64,000 nucleotides of DNA from Verrucomicrobiota bacterium (GTDB lineage Bacteria; Verrucomicrobiota; Verrucomicrobiia; Limisphaerales; PALSA-1396): positions 13,578-77,577 of the forward strand of contig JACQFP010000066.1 of the NCBI GenBank assembly GCA_016200005.1. Direction: 5' to 3'. A program made the position numbers and the translations under genes. A model generated the notes under the pieces. That model saw only the letters and a program-made list of their open reading frames with translations, was not told the origin of the DNA and did not search any database. The stretch's first letter is position 1. Each line of letters begins with the position of its first letter. This document shows positions 60,337 through 64,000 of the stretch, in pieces.

Positions 60337-60591
60337 TCATTTGCGTTCCTCTGCGGTTGAAATTCTCTGCCAAAATTCTTCCAGCTCATCCGGGCCGAAA
60401 TCGGCGAGGACTTGGCCGTCCACTTCGAGGACGGGCGCGAGGTCCTGATCGGAGAGGCGGACCATTTCGTCCCAGGCGGCGTCGCTGGCCATCACGTCAA
60501 TCGTTTCGTATTCGATCCCGCGCGTGTCGAGCCAGCGCATCGCTTTATGGCACCAGCCGCAATACGGTTTGATGAACAAACGGATTTTCAT
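60337..60591 (-). CDS. Glutaredoxin-like protein (NrdH/Grx fold)
   Basis: MKIRLFIKPYCGWCHKAMRWLDTRGIEYETIDV (CxxC). Confidence 0.8.
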   Translation of the reverse strand: MKIRLFIKPYCGWCHKAMRWLDTRGIEYETIDVMASDAAWDEMVRLSDQDLAPVLEVDGQVLADFGPDELEEFWQRISTAEERK

Positions 60592-60594
60592 GAT

Positions 60595-60930
60595 TCAAAA
60601 CTCAAGCGGCAGGCGCAGGCAATCAATCAGCTTGCGGGTGATGGCGGCGCGCCGCAACCGGCTTACCTCGCCGCGCTTCTCAAGAAAATCATTTTTTGGC
60701 AACGCGTAGATAAAGTCGCAGCGAACGGCGGTTTTCCAATCCAGCCCGTCAGCTTCGTCCAAACCGGCCTCGTGACGCTTCAATTCACGATTCAACCGCA
60801 CCGAGGTGCAAAGCAGGCCGTTGACGTGAGCGATGGCTTCGTTTGCACAGCGTTCGTCACTGGAAAGAATCACCACCGGATGCGGTTGTTCGTCGCGATA
60901 CGGGAAAAGATAAATCTCCCACTGCCTCAT
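60595..60930 (-). CDS. PemK/MazF-like toxin
   Basis: WEIYLFPYRDEQPHPVVILSSDE...LLCTS...RCDFIYALPKNDF. ATGA overlap with the upstream antitoxin gene. Confidence 0.6.
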   Translation of the reverse strand: MRQWEIYLFPYRDEQPHPVVILSSDERCANEAIAHVNGLLCTSVRLNRELKRHEAGLDEADGLDWKTAVRCDFIYALPKNDFLEKRGEVSRLRRAAITRKLIDCLRLPLEF

Positions 60931-61130
60931 GGCACAATGGCTTTCGGCCCTTGCGCAGCGAACCAGTTGGACTCCTCGATTTCGTCCTTCGTGTAGCAGT
61001 CGGCGAAATAGCCCGCCGGCTTGGGCGTCGCCCAGTCGGGTTTCTGGGTGCGCAGGACGAATTCAAAAATGCGTTCGCGCTCCTGCTTCGGCAGGCTCTG
61101 AATCTCTTTGATCAACTCGGTTGCACTCAT
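60927..61130 (-). CDS. Addiction-module antitoxin component
   Basis: MSATELIKEIQSLPKQERERIFEFVL resembles the putative addiction-module-component N-terminus. 67 aa. Confidence 0.6.
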   Translation of the reverse strand: MSATELIKEIQSLPKQERERIFEFVLRTQKPDWATPKPAGYFADCYTKDEIEESNWFAAQGPKAIVP

Positions 61131-61186
61131 GGTTGAGGTTTAACTCATGGCCGGACGCATTGCAAGGGCGCGTCATCAGTTGAATT

Positions 61187-61254
61187 GTGGGCGTCGAGGT
61201 GACAAGACTCAAATTGAAACAGAAAAGTTAGAGACTCCTCACGTCGTCTCCTAC
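61187..61254. repeat. Family A-related palindromic element, copy 4 (intergenic; provides the stop codon of the truncated grx copy)
   Basis: Gene-strand GTAGGAGACGACGTGAGGAGTCTC ... GAGTCTTGTCACCTCGACGCCCAC. Compare GTAGCAGCCGACGTGAGTCGGCTC. Confidence 0.6.
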
Positions 61255-61352
61255 CATTGAAGGCCGCGTGTGTGGAGCCAGCGGATAGCTTTGTGACACC
61301 AGCCGCAATACGGTTTGATGAATAGGCGAATGTTATGTGGCGACGCTTTCAT
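61251..61352 (-). pseudogene. Truncated 5-prime copy of the glutaredoxin-like gene (33 codons)
   Basis: MKASPHNIRLFIKPYCGWCHKAIRWLHTRGLQW-stop. Its ATG overlaps the stop of the upstream membrane-protein gene (ATGA at 61349-61352). Confidence 0.7.
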
Positions 61353-61600
61353 GTCGGCCATTCGATACCAGCCAACCAGCCACCGATACACACCATCATC
61401 AACCCCGTTGTGGACATTGCAAAGGGCTTGAATGTGGTTTTCAAGTTTAGCAACAAGAAAACAATATCGACTGGTGGCAAGAACAAGCAGCCAAAAAACC
61501 ACCAAAGGCTACGTTTGTAAGCCACGGTCAAAAACATTACATCTCCGACCAGCGCGGCAAGGAGTCCAAGAAAAAGCAGGATGTATCCTGAAATCACCAT
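61349..61600 (-). CDS. Small hydrophobic membrane protein (hypothetical)
   Basis: 83 aa with three hydrophobic helices, located between gcvH and the grx fragment. Confidence 0.55.
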   Translation of the reverse strand: MVISGYILLFLGLLAALVGDVMFLTVAYKRSLWWFFGCLFLPPVDIVFLLLNLKTTFKPFAMSTTGLMMVCIGGWLAGIEWPT

Positions 61601-61615
61601 CTCGGAATTATTAGC

Positions 61616-61999
61616 TTATCCACCAATCTGCGCCTTGTAGCTTTCCGGCGTGAGGAGGGAATTGAGCTCCGCCACGTTGCTCAACTTGATTTTGAAAAAC
61701 CACCCACCGTCGTATGGTTCAGTGTTTACCAAAGCCGGATTGTCCACGACAGCTTTGTTAACTTCAGTGACTTCTCCGCTCAGGGGCGAATAAATATCGC
61801 TGGCGGTTTTGACGGATTCAACGACAGCGCAAGCCTCACCGGCCTTGACCTGTCGCCCCACGGTTGGCAGTTCGACGAAGACGACGTCGGTCAGTTCATG
61901 CTGCGCGTGGTCGGTGATGCCGACGGTGGCGATGTCGCCGCTGACACGCGCCCATTCGTGGGACTTGGCATATTTCAAATCGGACGGAATATTGCTCAT
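61616..61999 (-). CDS. gcvH: Glycine cleavage system H protein
   Basis: [12 protein letters not shown]...[18 protein letters not shown] (lipoyl-Lys motif). Start trimmed to ATG 61999. Confidence 0.92.
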   Translation of the reverse strand: MSNIPSDLKYAKSHEWARVSGDIATVGITDHAQHELTDVVFVELPTVGRQVKAGEACAVVESVKTASDIYSPLSGEVTEVNKAVVDNPALVNTEPYDGGWFFKIKLSNVAELNSLLTPESYKAQIGG

Positions 62000-62080
62000 A
62001 ATATTTTCAACCGCGGATGGCGCGGATGACACGGATTAAAAACTGTTTTCCGCATCTGTGCAATCCGCGAAATCCGTGGT

Positions 62081-63211
62081 TCAACCTTTTCGGTAGATTG
62101 GCTTGGGGACGACGACAGCAGTTGATCGCTTGCTGCGGATTTCAATTTCAATCCCCATCCCTGGTTTAGCCGACTCTGGCGGCACGTAACCCATGCCGAT
62201 GCCAATACTTAATGACGGACTTTGCGTGCCGCTCGTTACTTCGCCGACTTTTGTATCGTTGATCCAGATCGGATAATGTGGCCGCGGCGGCGCGGATCGA
62301 CCGGTCATCTTGAACGCAATGAGCTTCTTGCTCACGCCACCAGCCTTTTGTGCTGCTAGAACGGAACGGCCTTTGAATTCGCCTTTATCCAGCGAAACAA
62401 AAAAACCAACGCCGGCTTCCATCGGCGTCGTCTTTTCATCCAGTTCATGACCGTAAAGTGGGTAACACACTTCCGTGCGCAACGTGTCGCGCGCTCCGAG
62501 GCCGGCTGGCTTGATACCGAACGGCTGACCTTTAGCGAGCACGGTTTCCCAGATTTGAACGATGGTTGCGTCTCCGCCGACAATTTCAAAACCGTCCTCG
62601 CCCGTGTAACCGGTGCGCGACACCAGCACGCTGGCGGCGCCGAACTTGAAACCGCCGATCTCGTTTTTCTTCAAGTCCGTCGCGCAGTTGACACGCATGG
62701 CCGAGACGGAAGCGCCCGGAACGCAGTCGTTAATGAACTCTTTCACGCGCGGGCCTTGCACCGCGATGGCGGCGTAGTTGTGTGAGGCATCGGTGAGCCG
62801 CAGTTCACCCGATCTCGGAAACTTCGCGGCCTGCGCCTGCAACCACGCGACATCGGCCTCGATGCGCGAGGCGTTGATGATGAGCAGATAAACGCCGCCG
62901 GAAAGCTGGTAGGCGTAAAGGTCGTCGATCACACCTCCGCGCTCGTTGCACATCAAGGTGTATTGGCCGCCACCAGGTGCGAGTTTGCGGATGTCGTTCG
63001 TGAGAACTGAATTCAGGAAGTCGGTTGCGCCCGCGCCGCTCACGGTGACTTCGCCCATGTGCGAGATGTCGAAAATCCCGGCGGCGTTGCGCACGGCCTG
63101 GTGTTCGTCAATGATGCTGGTGTATTGCACCGGCATTTCCCAGCCGCCGAAGTCGATGAGCTTGGCGCCCAGTTTTTGGTGAGCGGCGAAAAGGGACGTG
63201 CGTTTGAGCAT
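62081..63211 (-). CDS. gcvT: Glycine cleavage system aminomethyltransferase
   Basis: [24 protein letters not shown]...[18 protein letters not shown]. Confidence 0.92.
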   Translation of the reverse strand: MLKRTSLFAAHQKLGAKLIDFGGWEMPVQYTSIIDEHQAVRNAAGIFDISHMGEVTVSGAGATDFLNSVLTNDIRKLAPGGGQYTLMCNERGGVIDDLYAYQLSGGVYLLIINASRIEADVAWLQAQAAKFPRSGELRLTDASHNYAAIAVQGPRVKEFINDCVPGASVSAMRVNCATDLKKNEIGGFKFGAASVLVSRTGYTGEDGFEIVGGDATIVQIWETVLAKGQPFGIKPAGLGARDTLRTEVCYPLYGHELDEKTTPMEAGVGFFVSLDKGEFKGRSVLAAQKAGGVSKKLIAFKMTGRSAPPRPHYPIWINDTKVGEVTSGTQSPSLSIGIGMGYVPPESAKPGMGIEIEIRSKRSTAVVVPKPIYRKG

Positions 63212-63287
63212 TGATGTGAAAGCGTTGATGCGTTGAGTGTTGAAGCGTCCCTTCGATTCAACTATTCAACGGTTCACGCACGGATGG

Positions 63288-63539
63288 TCAACCTTTCACC
63301 TTTACGATTCCTTCATCTCCCTTGGGGAGATTCAAGGCTTCCTCGACCACGGCGGGATCGGTGGTTTCGATAAAAGCGCCGTGCTCGCGCAGGAAGTAGA
63401 ACAGCCACGGCTCAAAGTATTCCGTGTTGGTGGCCATGACGAGTTTGAGTTCGGGCGCACCGGAGATCTTGTGGTGCAGGCTCAAGTGGTGCGCTTTTTT
63501 TTCACCCTTCTTGTTGAAAACGATGAGTCTGGCTTTCAT
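63288..63539 (-). CDS. Hypothetical protein (83 aa)
   Basis: Clean ORF 27 nt downstream of the FNR-like gene. No recognised motif. Confidence 0.5.
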   Translation of the reverse strand: MKARLIVFNKKGEKKAHHLSLHHKISGAPELKLVMATNTEYFEPWLFYFLREHGAFIETTDPAVVEEALNLPKGDEGIVKVKG

Positions 63540-63566
63540 GGCTTCCTCCGTTGTTGGGGTGCTGGT

Positions 63567-64000
63567 TCATCCCCATTTTTCTGTGAACATTTGTGTCTTG
63601 GGAATTCCCATGTCTGTTACGACCAGGTGTTCGGTGTTCTCCACCAGCTCGGTGGGGCCGCAGGCGTAAAAGACGGTGTTGGGCTGATCGACGATATGCT
63701 GCTTCACCCACGCTGCGTCGATGCGTCCGCGCCGGCCCGGCCAGGGATCGGTGGGCGAGAGGCGGGTGCAGGTGACAAGAAATTTGAAGTTCGGATTCTC
63801 CTTTTCCAACTGCTGGAATTCGTTGTTGAAAATGATGTCGTTGGTCGTTCGCACGCTGTAAAGAATCGTGATCCTCGTTTCCAGTTTGCGGCGCGTGGCT
63901 TCGCGCACAAAACCGCGGAACGGCGTCACTCCCGAACCGCCGGCAATACAGATCAGATGTTTGTTCGGTTCAAGAACGGGCAGAAATTTTCCCGCCGGCG
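63567..64000 (-). CDS. Ferredoxin-NADP reductase-like FAD/NAD(P)-binding oxidoreductase; 5-prime end lies outside the window
   Basis: Minus-strand translation continues past the listed Met: ...HLICIAGGSGVTPFRGFV...ITILYSVRT...VFYACGP. Confidence 0.75.
   Translation of the reverse strand, partial: PAGKFLPVLEPNKHLICIAGGSGVTPFRGFVREATRRKLETRITILYSVRTTNDIIFNNEFQQLEKENPNFKFLVTCTRLSPTDPWPGRRGRIDAAWVKQHIVDQPNTVFYACGPTELVENTEHLVVTDMGIPKTQMFTEKWG

Noticed and set aside
63212-63287. Glycine riboswitch upstream of gcvT
   Set aside because: Only 76 nt are available, and I could not find the conserved glycine-aptamer core sequences by eye.

Overview
This is a 64-kb chromosomal window, about 55-60% GC by eye. 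It most likely comes from a PVC-superphylum bacterium, probably Verrucomicrobiota. That placement is inferred from DUF1559 prepilin-like proteins ([24 protein letters not shown]), SYQWRWNG Ig repeats and SPSDGER-type hairpin repeats.

Gene content is mostly housekeeping or envelope-related:
- hemN-hemE
- a TolC/MFP/RND efflux operon
- a DUF3570-ApbE-TlpA-DUF4266-DsbD-like periplasmic redox cluster
- a 1100-aa protein with Ig-like repeats
- a carbohydrate-type cluster with a Y_Y_Y sensor kinase and a LuxR-type regulator
- pgm, nuoA, alr, an MsbA-like ABC exporter and LolCE/LolD
- fumC, rpiB, eda, lipA, gcvH and gcvT

Three tRNA genes are present: Arg-TCG and two Glu-TTC. No rRNA and no CRISPR array were found.

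Main observations:
1. Two families of short palindromic elements sit inside protein-coding genes with the reading frame preserved. Family B has a 61-bp core (69 bp with flanks) and three copies, all read in the same frame as PRG...PRG. Family A is a double hairpin with three intragenic copies and one intergenic copy. This resembles Rickettsia RPEs.
2. A tRNA-Glu duplication brackets a decayed mod-rhuM-res restriction-modification remnant. It is followed by a low-GC islet of about 1 kb that ends in a tRNA 3-prime fragment.
3. A MazF-like toxin-antitoxin cassette lies between a truncated and an intact copy of a glutaredoxin-like gene.
4. A divergent PurD-like ATP-grasp gene lies 28 nt upstream of alanine racemase, and alanine racemase is translationally coupled to an ATE/Bpt-like aminoacyl-transferase homologue.
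5. One polypeptide fuses an ECF sigma factor, a transmembrane region, a coiled coil and a POTRA-like domain.

All functional calls come from motif recognition by eye. No database search was run.
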